Below are positions 44,845-54,487 of a DNA stretch of 64,000 bases, piece after piece. Every line of letters starts with the position of its first letter. Positions within the stretch are counted from its first letter, which is position 1. The position numbers and the translations under genes are program-made. Source of the DNA: Escherichia phage vB_vPM_PD06; the sequence record NC_052653.1, one strand, 5' to 3'. The notes under the pieces are model-generated. The model had not been told where the DNA came from and made no database searches. It saw nothing but the letters and a program-made list of their open reading frames with translations.

Positions 44845-45855
44845 CTAGCCCTTCTTAATAATTGCAGATACAGATACAGACTCTACTTCAGTTGTCCAGT
44901 CTTTACCTTCCCTATCTCCTGTATGAACAACAGATACTACCTTAAAACCACCATCGTAGTTATGGCTCTTGAGCCAAACAGTTTTTTCTGGTAGGATAGC
45001 ACCGTTCATTTCACATCTGAACTTAACACCATCTGTAGGCTTTTTAGCTTTCTTAGAAGATTTAGTTACTTTTTGTGTCGGTTTAATATCGTTGTGGAAA
45101 GGTTCTGGACTACCAATTAAACCTGTTTCTGCACTAATATATGCGCATCTTGCACTAGACATTTGTGATCTTGGTGTTACGTAAACAGATCCGTCTTGTA
45201 TTGACACATTATGATCAATACCTTTACAGATACTTTCTAAGTAATGTGATGTGTTCCCACACATAGCTGTTGCAGATGATAAAGTTTTCTCTGTGTCTAC
45301 GTGAATATTACCTTCTGTAGTACCTAAATCTTTAACTAAATCTTTAACAACCTTACTTACTTTTGTACCTTTCGGATAACTTCTGCTTGTCCTTGCTTCG
45401 GAGATGTTAATACCACCATCCAGACAATGTAACACTGTACGTCTGTCTGTATTGTTAAAGGTATCACTCACCCATTGCACCGTTCCCTTAAAGATCATAA
45501 TTAACTCTTGACCTTCATAACCTACCGCTAAAGCAACAGCCAAGTTGTTACGAATACCTTTGTTAATATAATTAACAGTATCATCACTTAGGTTATAAAT
45601 AGTTATCTCGGCTTGATTAGGATCTTTGTTATTATCTTTTCTTATTGTGAAAGATATTTGGTGCTCCGTAATAACATACAAGTTAGGGGTTGATTTTTTA
45701 GCATCCCCTAGTTTAGTATCTAAGTCTACTGTAGATTTGAAAGAGGAATTTTTTGTCCTTTTTTCTTTAGTATTAGTAGCTGTACCTATTAACAGTTTGT
45801 ATGCTCTGTTTAGATTTGGTGCAGGAGCTTTTGTGTAATTTCTTTCTTCTGCCAT
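44845..45855 (-). CDS. baseplate hub protein (gpD/gp27-like)
   Basis: Call rests on size (336 aa) and position between the TMP-proximal genes and the spike gene. Confidence 0.55.
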   Translation of the reverse strand: MAEERNYTKAPAPNLNRAYKLLIGTATNTKEKRTKNSSFKSTVDLDTKLGDAKKSTPNLYVITEHQISFTIRKDNNKDPNQAEITIYNLSDDTVNYINKGIRNNLAVALAVGYEGQELIMIFKGTVQWVSDTFNNTDRRTVLHCLDGGINISEARTSRSYPKGTKVSKVVKDLVKDLGTTEGNIHVDTEKTLSSATAMCGNTSHYLESICKGIDHNVSIQDGSVYVTPRSQMSSARCAYISAETGLIGSPEPFHNDIKPTQKVTKSSKKAKKPTDGVKFRCEMNGAILPEKTVWLKSHNYDGGFKVVSVVHTGDREGKDWTTEVESVSVSAIIKKG

Positions 45856-45870
45856 TTAAAACTCCTTTTA

Positions 45871-46290
45871 TCATGCTTGATATGGAAGAGCGTCGATATA
45901 AACCAAAGCAAATCTTTTATCTACACCTGTGTCATAGTAATTAGGTCTACCGTTTATTTTAACAGTATCTACCAAATAGAGTTGACCATCCGGTACAGAT
46001 TCTATATACTTATATGGTTCTAGAAGATCTAAACCATTGGTTACTTTAAAAGTTACACTAGGATTGTCTCCTGATAATCCTAATTGCATTTGCCAGGATT
46101 GATCTCTTGTATTCCATCTCAAACGTATATCATAATCTACTCCATCGAGAGTTACCGTATATGTTTGGTCTGGGTACTGTTCTGTAGGTAAGTACCAAGA
46201 ATAATAACCTAAATTTCGATCAATAAATACTGCATTGTAGCCACTATTAGATGTGCTTCTACTGATCTTTGAATAAGATGAAATAGCCAA
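45871..46290 (-). CDS. tail/baseplate protein (139 aa)
   Basis: ORF track; AAGGAG RBS. Function inferred from position only. Confidence 0.6.
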   Translation of the reverse strand: MAISSYSKISRSTSNSGYNAVFIDRNLGYYSWYLPTEQYPDQTYTVTLDGVDYDIRLRWNTRDQSWQMQLGLSGDNPSVTFKVTNGLDLLEPYKYIESVPDGQLYLVDTVKINGRPNYYDTGVDKRFALVYIDALPYQA

Positions 46291-46301
46291 AAATTTTCTC
46301 C

Positions 46302-47012
46302 TTATTTTTTACCATCTGCACTGTGATCACTAAGATGTTCTGTACCAGTTGCTTTCCCTGTTCTTGCATCCAAATCAGCATCTGGACTAGTACCTTTCTT
46401 GTTTTTAACACCTGTATTCTTATTTGGTTTTGTCTTAAGTGCAATAGCATTTGTTTCCCCGTAGGAAACTAATCTTACTTGTTCAAATTCCAAGTCAAAT
46501 TGCATTGCATATTCTGTTTGATATTCATATGATATGCCTTTCAAAATAACATTCTCATACACCTTATGTTCTGTTATTAAAATGATAGGCTGTCTTTCAT
46601 CAAATATTTTATCTAAGTAAGTAATTGCTTGACTGATACGAGTACCGTTAACACCAGCACTATATAGCATATCTCGCATCAATCTCACAGGTGTCTCTGT
46701 AATCATTCCTGATAAAGAGAAAGTATTATTTTTAACTTGAACGTGATCAGATACGTTAGCTCCATTTTCTACAGGATAACTAGTTACATCTGCTTGACGT
46801 TTTACACCGATATTTGGAACAGCATCAAAAACTATAGCTTGGTAGTTTTGAATATATTGATCACTTGCACTATTGTAAACGCTTGCTAAAATACAAAAAC
46901 CATTCTCCCCTTTCACAGTAGAGGCAGAGTTATTTGTGTTTTTTGTAGAGTTTATATCTTGTTCCGCTTTATAAACCGCTTGAACGTGTTGTTCTGGAGT
47001 GTTTGCTGCCAT
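46302..47012 (-). CDS. tail protein downstream of the tape measure (236 aa)
   Basis: ORF track. First gene after the promoter at 47060..47089. Confidence 0.6.
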   Translation of the reverse strand: MAANTPEQHVQAVYKAEQDINSTKNTNNSASTVKGENGFCILASVYNSASDQYIQNYQAIVFDAVPNIGVKRQADVTSYPVENGANVSDHVQVKNNTFSLSGMITETPVRLMRDMLYSAGVNGTRISQAITYLDKIFDERQPIILITEHKVYENVILKGISYEYQTEYAMQFDLEFEQVRLVSYGETNAIALKTKPNKNTGVKNKKGTSPDADLDARTGKATGTEHLSDHSADGKK

Positions 47013-47030
47013 ATAATTTTACCTCTTAAT

Positions 47031-47057
47031 GTGATAAGAAACATTCTCCCTTATCAC
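47031..47057 (-). promoter_or_regulatory. inverted repeat GTGATAAG-N11-CTTATCAC at the transcription start region
   Basis: Perfect 8 bp arms at 47031..47038 and 47050..47057. A third direct GTGATAA copy overlaps the -10 element. Confidence 0.45.
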
Positions 47058-47059
47058 TC

Positions 47060-47089
47060 ATTTTATCACGAAAAACAACTCTTTGTCAA
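47060..47089 (-). promoter_or_regulatory. extended -10 promoter TTGACA-18-TGaTAAAAT
   Basis: On the - strand, TTGACA at 47089..47084 and TAAAAT at 47065..47060, preceded by tga. Confidence 0.6.
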
Positions 47090-47092
47090 GAC

Positions 47093-47120
47093 AAATAAAA
47101 AGCCCCGCCGAAGCGAGGCT
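47093..47120 (-). terminator. rho-independent terminator after the tape measure gene
   Basis: The - strand reads agcctcgc-ttcg-gcggggct (one mismatch) followed by ttttatttg. Confidence 0.65.
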
Positions 47121-47127
47121 TTATGCA

Positions 47128-49107
47128 TTAACCACCAGTAGAAGATTGTCCACTGCTTAACTGAAGAGTTAAACCTTGTGAGAAGTTACTAAAACTGGTA
47201 TTCATTGTCGCATCTAGATAATTACTAAAACCATAGCCATCTGGAATAACATTAATCTGGAATGCGTTGTCTGGGATAACAACCGTATTCTCTACACTTA
47301 ATGGTACTGGAACACCTTGGCGTGGTGTTAGCATAGATGCTGTTAAATCAGGTCTATTGTAACCGATACTAGAAGCACTTGGGTTTAAGGCACTAGTTAA
47401 GAAACTACTATCAAAGTCACCTAAAGGTTGATTTTCAGGTTTATGTTGATCTCTTCCAATAGGCCAATAAGCCCAAGGATTACCACCAACCTGTGCATCG
47501 TACCCATACTGCGTACCATTATAATAATCTCTTACAGCTTCTTTAGAATTGTTTTTTGGCCCAACCTTATTTGAAAAATCAAGGAAATATTTCGCAATTT
47601 TTGCAAGGCTACTTACAATACTACCAGACATTTCACCAAGACCACGAGCAGCTTCTTGGAAAGTTTTCATATTCTCTGCAAAATCTGGTGCAGATTTTAA
47701 ACCATCCATGAATCCTATAAGTAAGTTATTGGTAAAACCTTCTCCTGCTGCACTAATTTGTGCTCTTAGCTTAACAAAATCTTGTGCTGCTTTGATGTTT
47801 TCATCGTTAAGAGTTGCTCCTGAATTTTTTAACATATCCAAGACTTTCATGTACTCTTTACCGTTATCCAAAAACATACGTTGGTAGTGCATTAAGTCAT
47901 CACCAAGGTTTTCCATCAAACGACCAATTTGCGCGGAGTTCATTCCTCTTTTTTGACCTTCATTAACAAGTGCTTGAACAAAGTCTAAAGGTCTGTTCTG
48001 GAATTTAGCAACGTCTTCTTTCGACCAACCAAATTGGTTCATGATTTCATTAATACCACTATCTCCACCTTTCCATTTACCTGATTTTTCATCAAATTCG
48101 GAGTGGAGTACAGTATTACCTAAACGTTCACGAACGTCTTTAATATTGTCAATGGCTTTAATAATGCTGGCAGAGTCTACACCGTTCATCTCACCCCAAG
48201 TACGCATTGTTAAAATTGCATTAGGGTTTACCTGTACGTTCTGACCACCTTTACTAACCATATTAATACGTTCTGCCGCAGTTGTGATACTTTCAGCTAT
48301 TTTGCTTATACCTTGATATAAACCAGCACCTAAAAGAGCAGCACCAAACATAGCAGGGTTAAGAGCAATAGCAGCATTACCTACACCAGATAGCTTACGT
48401 TGTCTGTCGCGTTGTCTTGCTTCTTTTTCTCTTCTTTGCTGACGTTCGAAATCCTTTCTTTCTCTTTCTCGGATACGCTGTCTTCTTTTATCTTCTGCTT
48501 CTTGCAGACGGGCAATTCTACGTCTAGCTCTCTCTTCATCAAGAAGTTGTGCATTCTTCTCTTTATGAGATCTGCGTAGTTCTTCTAACTGTCTAGCCAA
48601 AGTATTATTCATTTGTTGGCTAGTGATCACACCTTTACGATAAAGTTCAACAGTTTCTTCTACAATCTTTTTAGATTTTTCTAGAATTCTGCTGTCTGCT
48701 TTTGTAAAAGGCATAGCTTTAAAACTAAAATCGTCTTGCTTCATATTAGCAAGTGCTGCACGTTTAGCGGCGGCTTCTGCGGCTCTTTCTTCTGGTGTTT
48801 TACGTCCTCCAGAAGATCCAGAACCACCTCTACCACTTCCTCCTTTTCCACCACCACTTGAACCTCCGGTTGGTGGGATTGGTGGAGGATTACCGCCGCC
48901 AAGACCTGACATTTGCTGCCTTATTCTTTTAGCATACTCTTCCATACTTTTAAACTGACGACGCATTTTAGTCATATTTAAAGATGGTTCAATAGATTCT
49001 GTAAAAGTTTTAAGGTTTTTAATTGCGTCTTTAGTATTTTTTAAACTGTCTTTATCTACAGTAAACGTTACTGTATTCTTAATCTTGGAAGTGTTAATTT
49101 CTAACAA
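47128..49107 (-). CDS. tail tape measure protein, TTG start
   Basis: 659 aa with a Gly-rich tract, long Arg/Glu/Lys helices and a hydrophobic AIALNPAMFGAALLGAGL segment. Located after the chaperone genes. GGAGGA RBS. Confidence 0.85.
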   Translation of the reverse strand: MLEINTSKIKNTVTFTVDKDSLKNTKDAIKNLKTFTESIEPSLNMTKMRRQFKSMEEYAKRIRQQMSGLGGGNPPPIPPTGGSSGGGKGGSGRGGSGSSGGRKTPEERAAEAAAKRAALANMKQDDFSFKAMPFTKADSRILEKSKKIVEETVELYRKGVITSQQMNNTLARQLEELRRSHKEKNAQLLDEERARRRIARLQEAEDKRRQRIRERERKDFERQQRREKEARQRDRQRKLSGVGNAAIALNPAMFGAALLGAGLYQGISKIAESITTAAERINMVSKGGQNVQVNPNAILTMRTWGEMNGVDSASIIKAIDNIKDVRERLGNTVLHSEFDEKSGKWKGGDSGINEIMNQFGWSKEDVAKFQNRPLDFVQALVNEGQKRGMNSAQIGRLMENLGDDLMHYQRMFLDNGKEYMKVLDMLKNSGATLNDENIKAAQDFVKLRAQISAAGEGFTNNLLIGFMDGLKSAPDFAENMKTFQEAARGLGEMSGSIVSSLAKIAKYFLDFSNKVGPKNNSKEAVRDYYNGTQYGYDAQVGGNPWAYWPIGRDQHKPENQPLGDFDSSFLTSALNPSASSIGYNRPDLTASMLTPRQGVPVPLSVENTVVIPDNAFQINVIPDGYGFSNYLDATMNTSFSNFSQGLTLQLSSGQSSTGG

Positions 49108-49126
49108 GGGTAATCCTCCGTATTAC

Positions 49127-49471
49127 TTATGAATCTGGAATTAATTTTTTCATAGCCGTATCCAGTTCTCTTATTGTTCTCTGTTGACCACGTTTAATAT
49201 CCGCATCTTTAACGTGAAGATCTTGTACATAGTCTTCAAATGTTAAATATTCATAAATTTTAAGTAGATAATCTACACCATAATTATCTAACGAGGACAA
49301 GGTTTCGGAGGTATTCTTAATTACCTTACAAAGAATTACTTCATACCATGTCAAGCTAAGGGTTTGTGAGGCAATTTCAATTGCTGATTTAATTGCCGGA
49401 CTTAACTCTTCGCTAGAGTCTCTATTCCTTGAAATTGGGTCAACAGTTTTCCGAAACCTCGTTTGAAAAAA
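49127..49471 (-). CDS. -1 frameshift extension of the tail assembly chaperone (gpGT-like fusion, about 252 aa total)
   Basis: The -1 frame from the slippery site is open with no stop through to 49127. It merges into the track ORF 49127..49354, whose own TTG start lacks an RBS. Confidence 0.65.
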   Translation of the reverse strand, partial: FFQTRFRKTVDPISRNRDSSEELSPAIKSAIEIASQTLSLTWYEVILCKVIKNTSETLSSLDNYGVDYLLKIYEYLTFEDYVQDLHVKDADIKRGQQRTIRELDTAMKKLIPDS

Positions 49472-49884
49472 GGGGCATAGTTCACCTCAAGAACTTTTGC
49501 AGCTAAGTCAACAACTAATTCTGGGTGAGCAAAAAACAATTCATCAAAATTATCGGAAACACTGTGTCCTGCTTCTGTGTAAACTTCATCTAAAATTTTA
49601 CGTAAGAATGCAGCTAAGTTTTTTTCTTCCAGACCACTGAATAATTGGATCAGTGCCATAGCAATACGAGCTTCTAGATCTTCGTCTGCTGACATAAGAG
49701 CAGTATTATACATTGTCATAGGAACAGCCAGTACACTACCTAGTTCTGGAATCCTTTCAAAAACTTTAGTCGGACTCCACTTGAGAACTCTAAATTTTAC
49801 ACTGCGTCCTTCATCCAGATCAATTTCAACCATTACTTCTGGACGAGCAAATTTTGCAATAGTATTATCTTTTTGTTGTTCCAT
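49402..49884 (-). CDS. tail assembly chaperone (gpG-like)
   Basis: Lies between the tube and tape measure genes. Contains the slippery site near its 3' end. Confidence 0.75.
   Translation of the reverse strand: MEQQKDNTIAKFARPEVMVEIDLDEGRSVKFRVLKWSPTKVFERIPELGSVLAVPMTMYNTALMSADEDLEARIAMALIQLFSGLEEKNLAAFLRKILDEVYTEAGHSVSDNFDELFFAHPELVVDLAAKVLEVNYAPFFKRGFGKLLTQFQGIETLAKS
49465..49471 (-). promoter_or_regulatory. slippery heptamer T_TTT_TTC for programmed -1 frameshifting
   Basis: The zero frame reads cct ttt ttc (P F F). The heptamer has X_XXY_YYZ form, 21 codons before the gpG-like stop. Confidence 0.6.
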
Positions 49885-49895
49885 TATTTCCTCTC

Positions 49896-49924
49896 TTTAA
49901 AAATAAAGGGCATTTCTGCCCTTT
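49896..49924 (-). terminator. rho-independent terminator after the tail tube gene
   Basis: The - strand reads aaagggca-gaaa-tgcccttt followed by attttt. Confidence 0.65.
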
Positions 49925-49927
49925 TTA

Positions 49928-50407
49928 TTACTGAATAGTTAGAGCACTAATAGAGTTAAGTGCGTTAACACCAACACCTACAGTAGAACGAAGTAGGCTT
50001 GCATCTTTAAGACCAATTACCCATTGGTTTTCTTGAATAGTTTCACCAATAGTATCGTCCGGTTGGCTTTGAATCCAACCAATTGTGCTGATATAATATC
50101 CGCGAGGGTCTTCCAGATATACGCTAAATGCTACTTGACGAGTAGAATACATCGTTTGTGCATAAGCAGCAAGGACTTCGTTTGCTGGAGAAGTACGTTG
50201 CAGTGACATTGTTAGCGTACCTAAACGGTTACGACTAAGCGCCAGGGAAACGTCACCATCAGTACCTGAATATGGGTTGATGATATCGTTAGTTTTGTTA
50301 ATAACAATTTTGGTATCTGCGGCGAAACCCCAAGGTTCCCAACCACCCAAAGACAGGATTACTTGAGAAGGATCATAGGCCATTACGCCAGTAAGCATTT
50401 TATCCAA
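49928..50407 (-). CDS. tail tube protein, TTG start
   Basis: 159 aa, immediately after the sheath gene. AAGGAG lies 6 nt before the TTG. Confidence 0.75.
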   Translation of the reverse strand: MDKMLTGVMAYDPSQVILSLGGWEPWGFAADTKIVINKTNDIINPYSGTDGDVSLALSRNRLGTLTMSLQRTSPANEVLAAYAQTMYSTRQVAFSVYLEDPRGYYISTIGWIQSQPDDTIGETIQENQWVIGLKDASLLRSTVGVGVNALNSISALTIQ

Positions 50408-50439
50408 AGTGGATCTCCTTTTATACTACTTTTCATATA

Positions 50440-50457
50440 AGCGGGGTTTCCCCCGCT
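50440..50457 (-). other. GC hairpin between the sheath and tube genes
   Basis: gcgggg-tttc-ccccgc with no T-run. Possibly an mRNA processing or stability element. Confidence 0.35.
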
Positions 50458-50465
50458 GCTTTTAA

Positions 50466-51872
50466 TTATGAAGATACAGTAGAGCTATTGGAATTCTGGC
50501 TATTTGCAGTGCGGTTCGTCAGAACGTTTACCTGCACTTTAACATAGTGGAAGAATCCAGCATATACGTATTCAATAACCATACCATCAACCAAACGTGC
50601 ATTGATTTGAGCATCAGTCATATCTGCACGAGATGGGATATAGATAGTAGGTTTAAGGCTTACCAGAAGTCCTGTTTCCTCTGAAGTTACTACCTCATTG
50701 GCAATAGAACCATTGTTAATACCTACTTGGATTGGGTTTGCAGTAACAGCCTGACGAATCAAAGCAAGACCAGCAGAAGTTGCTCTAACACCACTACCAA
50801 GCATAGATTGCTGTTTAAATAGAGCGAACAGAGATTCTTCTACGCGAGCTTTGAACCACAGAGCGTGTACCACATAGTCAACATAGAAACCACTAACCAT
50901 GAAACCATCACGGTAGAACAGAACACCGTGTTCTTTACGGTAAATATTACCATTCTGTTGAACGATAAAGTTTTCTGCTGTCTGACCAAGTTTTTCAATC
51001 TCGATACCAACAAGGGTTTTACCATGCAGGGTAGTAGTACCTGGTGTTGCAGAGCAGATAGAACCAACTACAGCAGCTTCTGGGAACACTGTATCAGCGT
51101 TAGTCATCCACAATGCCATACAAGTGTTATTGTAGCCCATATCACCTAAGCGTTCTAGAATGTTATCTTCTTGTTTAGTTAGAACACCTGGTTGCGAGGT
51201 AGAGAAGAAATACACTTTATCGTGCTCTTCTACATAACCTGCTAGATCGATAATATCTTGTTCTGCGTGAGAATCAGATAGTAACCAGAACCAACTGTTT
51301 TCATAATCTGCAATTTTAGCAATATCTTCTAAGATATCATTTGCATATTCTACTTTAGTTGTGAATCCTGAACTATCCATAGTAGCGTATTTACCTGCAA
51401 CTGGGGTTACAGTGATAACACTACCATCGTTTGACACAGTGAAGAATTCTTTATACACCATGTCTGCGTTGATCATTTCTGTTAAACCAACAACAATCTC
51501 TTGAGCAGTTGCAGTATCATCGGCAACAAACTTGAAGTCCTTGCTTTTTGAATTTGCTTTAATAGTGATAACGTAAGTTGCACTATCTTCAACTACTGGA
51601 GTTAGAGTTGTTTTAGAAACATCACGCTTACCGACGATAACTTGTTCTGGTGCGAACAGACCGTCAAATAGTAGTTTTGCCATTTTATAAGCTGGATCGG
51701 CAGTGCCAAAACCTGCTTGCAGAAGTGCGTCTGAAGAAGTGAAATAATCTACAAGATTGCCAGTAACGTTATGCCCTGTAAGAATTAGAGGGATATCAAA
51801 CTGTGTTTCACTAATTGAAGTAGCACCGTAGGTAAGGGTTACGGAAACTACCTTATCACGAAAAGTTGCCAT
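50466..51872 (-). CDS. contractile tail sheath protein
   Basis: Call rests on size (468 aa) and position upstream of the tube gene. Confidence 0.8.
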   Translation of the reverse strand: MATFRDKVVSVTLTYGATSISETQFDIPLILTGHNVTGNLVDYFTSSDALLQAGFGTADPAYKMAKLLFDGLFAPEQVIVGKRDVSKTTLTPVVEDSATYVITIKANSKSKDFKFVADDTATAQEIVVGLTEMINADMVYKEFFTVSNDGSVITVTPVAGKYATMDSSGFTTKVEYANDILEDIAKIADYENSWFWLLSDSHAEQDIIDLAGYVEEHDKVYFFSTSQPGVLTKQEDNILERLGDMGYNNTCMALWMTNADTVFPEAAVVGSICSATPGTTTLHGKTLVGIEIEKLGQTAENFIVQQNGNIYRKEHGVLFYRDGFMVSGFYVDYVVHALWFKARVEESLFALFKQQSMLGSGVRATSAGLALIRQAVTANPIQVGINNGSIANEVVTSEETGLLVSLKPTIYIPSRADMTDAQINARLVDGMVIEYVYAGFFHYVKVQVNVLTNRTANSQNSNSSTVSS

Positions 51873-51892
51873 TTATGCTCCTGTTAGAAACT

Positions 51893-52549
51893 TTATTCCA
51901 ATGAATTATCCGTTGGGATATACTTAATTAATGATCCATCATCAGTCGTCGTAAAGTAATAAGTTTTACTTCTGTGAGCAACAATGTAAATCTTATCCAA
52001 AGGAAGATCTATTGGAGTAGGATCATCGTAATCATCTCTGAACGAATGAATGTTCATATTAATTGCTTCAATTTCGGTAGTTACTAAATCCTCAATAACC
52101 ATCGTAGTATTGAATGTAAGAAATATTCTCGCTCTTTGTTCAGTTTTATCTCCATCCAGAACAGTGTTAGCCTGTGCAACATTTGTTGCAGACAAGAAGC
52201 TAATACCTTTGGAATAAAGATACTGGTATTTTAATTCATCTGCACCACGAAGTGCCGCAAGAACATAACTTAAAAGTGTCATTGGTCTTCCTCTAAAAGC
52301 CATAAGTTCTATTTCATACTTATTGTCCATTAGATATGAAAACGCATCTTCACTAAAAGAATATTTTTGTGACCAACCACCTGAATCATCAGATGATACA
52401 ATACGTAATGTCAGATATGGGGTTGTTGGTTTAACAAATGGTTTATCCATAACATAAACCGGAAGCCCCACGAGTCTTTGTAAGAACTTAGCGATATTTA
52501 ATAATATCGTATTTTCATACAATTCAATTTGTTCGTAGATATTAGCCAA
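51893..52549 (-). CDS. tail/neck protein (218 aa), TTG start
   Basis: GGAGGG lies upstream of the TTG at 52549, which overlaps the upstream stop. The track start at 52594 would overlap by 53 nt. Confidence 0.6.
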   Translation of the reverse strand: MANIYEQIELYENTILLNIAKFLQRLVGLPVYVMDKPFVKPTTPYLTLRIVSSDDSGGWSQKYSFSEDAFSYLMDNKYEIELMAFRGRPMTLLSYVLAALRGADELKYQYLYSKGISFLSATNVAQANTVLDGDKTEQRARIFLTFNTTMVIEDLVTTEIEAINMNIHSFRDDYDDPTPIDLPLDKIYIVAHRSKTYYFTTTDDGSLIKYIPTDNSLE

Positions 52550-52958
52550 AATTACCACCCTCCTCAGAATAAGAATAGGTGTTATTCTGGTCATCTAGAA
52601 TAGCAACACAATGTGTGTGTATTAAGAAAGATGTTCTTGTCCAATCTTTCAAAGAATAAATGGAAAACCATTGTCCATCTATTAGTATTTGGTCAGATAA
52701 TTGATCTGATCCTTGCTGAATGCCTCTGATTTCTGTTTTTGTCCAGAAGCTATATTGTGCCTTAGATCTGTATCCTTCTGGCAGTGCTTGAAGTGTTCTA
52801 CCTGATATTGGTTGCAAACTTGCAGCCTCTATTGTAAAGTCTTCGTATGCTACTGTATTACCCATATTGGAAATTGGCGAATCAGGATCTTGAACATAGG
52901 TTCTTTTACGACCCTGATACGTTGTAAGATCAAGGAGAGTAAATTGGTCTAATAGCAT
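52542..52958 (-). CDS. head-tail joining/tail completion protein (138 aa)
   Basis: ORF track; function inferred from position only. Confidence 0.6.
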   Translation of the reverse strand: MLLDQFTLLDLTTYQGRKRTYVQDPDSPISNMGNTVAYEDFTIEAASLQPISGRTLQALPEGYRSKAQYSFWTKTEIRGIQQGSDQLSDQILIDGQWFSIYSLKDWTRTSFLIHTHCVAILDDQNNTYSYSEEGGNFG

Positions 52959-53002
52959 TGTATCTCCTTTTTAGTATACATCAAAAACAGACTTATTGCA
53001 AG

Positions 53003-53491
53003 TTATTTTTTAGAACGACCCTTCTTGATTTCTGATTCAATACTGTTAATTAAGTGTCCAGTATCAATAAGAATATGAGAAGAGTAGTTACCTTTATCTC
53101 TACGGATTTTGATAGTCACAGGAGATAGTGGTCTATAACGTTGCAGAGCAATCGCTTTAGCAATAGATTCTCGTGAAACTTTTGCAATAGGTTCAAAGGC
53201 AGCTAAACCCCTTCCACGAAGTAAATAATCTCTAAACACTTCATCAAAATGTTTAGGTATTTCTTTGCTGGCGTGGACTGCACCATCCGTTAAAAACGGA
53301 CGTGCAGGAGTATTGTTTGTTTCATTACCAAACTGTTGTATGGCAGCAATTGCAGGGATAGTGAGATCTGATTCTGGATGGCGAACAGCAGTAAGAAAAC
53401 CAGCATCTATTTCTATATTATCCAGAGCCAGCATTTTACTAAAATATTCATCTAACGACATATCATCGCCACGTTTGATCTCACATTTCAT
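53003..53491 (-). CDS. HK97 gp10-like head-tail/virion morphogenesis protein
   Basis: QFGNETNNTPARPFLTDG ... IDTGHLINSI resembles the HK97 gp10 family pattern. Confidence 0.6.
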   Translation of the reverse strand: MKCEIKRGDDMSLDEYFSKMLALDNIEIDAGFLTAVRHPESDLTIPAIAAIQQFGNETNNTPARPFLTDGAVHASKEIPKHFDEVFRDYLLRGRGLAAFEPIAKVSRESIAKAIALQRYRPLSPVTIKIRRDKGNYSSHILIDTGHLINSIESEIKKGRSKK

Positions 53492-54039
53492 TATTTATCC
53501 CTTCTGTAGTAACCAATGGGGCCATAGTTTCTGGCATACTTGATATTTCTCGTATGTCGATCTACACTACCAACACCACCTAAACCATTTACTGAATTAG
53601 GATCACTGTTGACACGATCAATTTCACGAGCATCAACACCACCAACTAATACTTTACTCGTTACACCTCTACCAGAAGTACAACCAGGTATCATCATATC
53701 ACCATCAAGATATCCTTTATAGATATTTTCCCAAGGTGAGATGTATTCTGTCTGTCCAGTACCAAAGGTTACTTCAACCTGTACTTCGCCAACTTTCTCT
53801 TTTCTAGAAAGAGCACCACCTGTCTGTGTATTATGATTTAGTACGTCTGTATTCCACAAGTATTCAAGTACAGAGATCAGACTGTTCCACAATACGGCAC
53901 ATTTATTGGCATCATCATTTCCTAGCACATCTATCCACGTTTGAATGATCTGTTCAATCATTGCATCAGGAAGTGTTTCTTGTGAAGGATTAAACACCAA
54001 TATACGGATCATAGGTACAAGGTCACTAGCTACAAGCAT
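53491..54039 (-). CDS. head-tail connector protein (182 aa)
   Basis: ORF track; translationally coupled (ATGA) to the next gene. Confidence 0.6.
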   Translation of the reverse strand: MLVASDLVPMIRILVFNPSQETLPDAMIEQIIQTWIDVLGNDDANKCAVLWNSLISVLEYLWNTDVLNHNTQTGGALSRKEKVGEVQVEVTFGTGQTEYISPWENIYKGYLDGDMMIPGCTSGRGVTSKVLVGGVDAREIDRVNSDPNSVNGLGGVGSVDRHTRNIKYARNYGPIGYYRRDK

Positions 54040-54051
54040 GTAAACCTCCTA

Positions 54052-54420
54052 TTACTTTTTAGTGCGCTGTGCACGTTTCTTTGCTGGTGTGTCTACTGCT
54101 TTAACTTCAATTTTATCTTGCGTTTTTAATTCTACAGGTGCATAATCTTCATAGCTAACGAGATAGTAACCAGGATGTTCTTCACTTCCGAAAGGATGAA
54201 CCTGAATTCCTGTCTCTTCACGTAGACGAACTAAGAAGTGAATAAAGTTACCGCCAAGGGCTACTCTACCATCTGTAGTATAGAATGACATAGGTGGAGC
54301 AACACTAAGTGTCTTACCTGCATCTAATGCAGGAGATAGTGAAGCAAAATCCATAATCATTTCATGGTAGCTAAAATATGTTTTCAGTACAGCGTTACCC
54401 ATAATCGTGTTTCCTCTCAT
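54052..54420 (-). CDS. hypothetical head-associated protein (start possibly at 54402)
   Basis: GAGAGGA precedes the second ATG at 54402. Confidence 0.6.
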   Translation of the reverse strand: MRGNTIMGNAVLKTYFSYHEMIMDFASLSPALDAGKTLSVAPPMSFYTTDGRVALGGNFIHFLVRLREETGIQVHPFGSEEHPGYYLVSYEDYAPVELKTQDKIEVKAVDTPAKKRAQRTKK

Positions 54421-54437
54421 TGTTAGTGGGACACATA

Positions 54438-54468
54438 ATAAAAAAGCCCACCCGCAAGGGGCAGGCTT
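54438..54468 (-). terminator. rho-independent terminator after the major capsid gene
   Basis: The - strand reads agcctgcccc-ttgc-gggtgggct followed by tttttatt. Confidence 0.7.
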
Positions 54469-54487
54469 TTTAGAATCCCGTTAAGGA

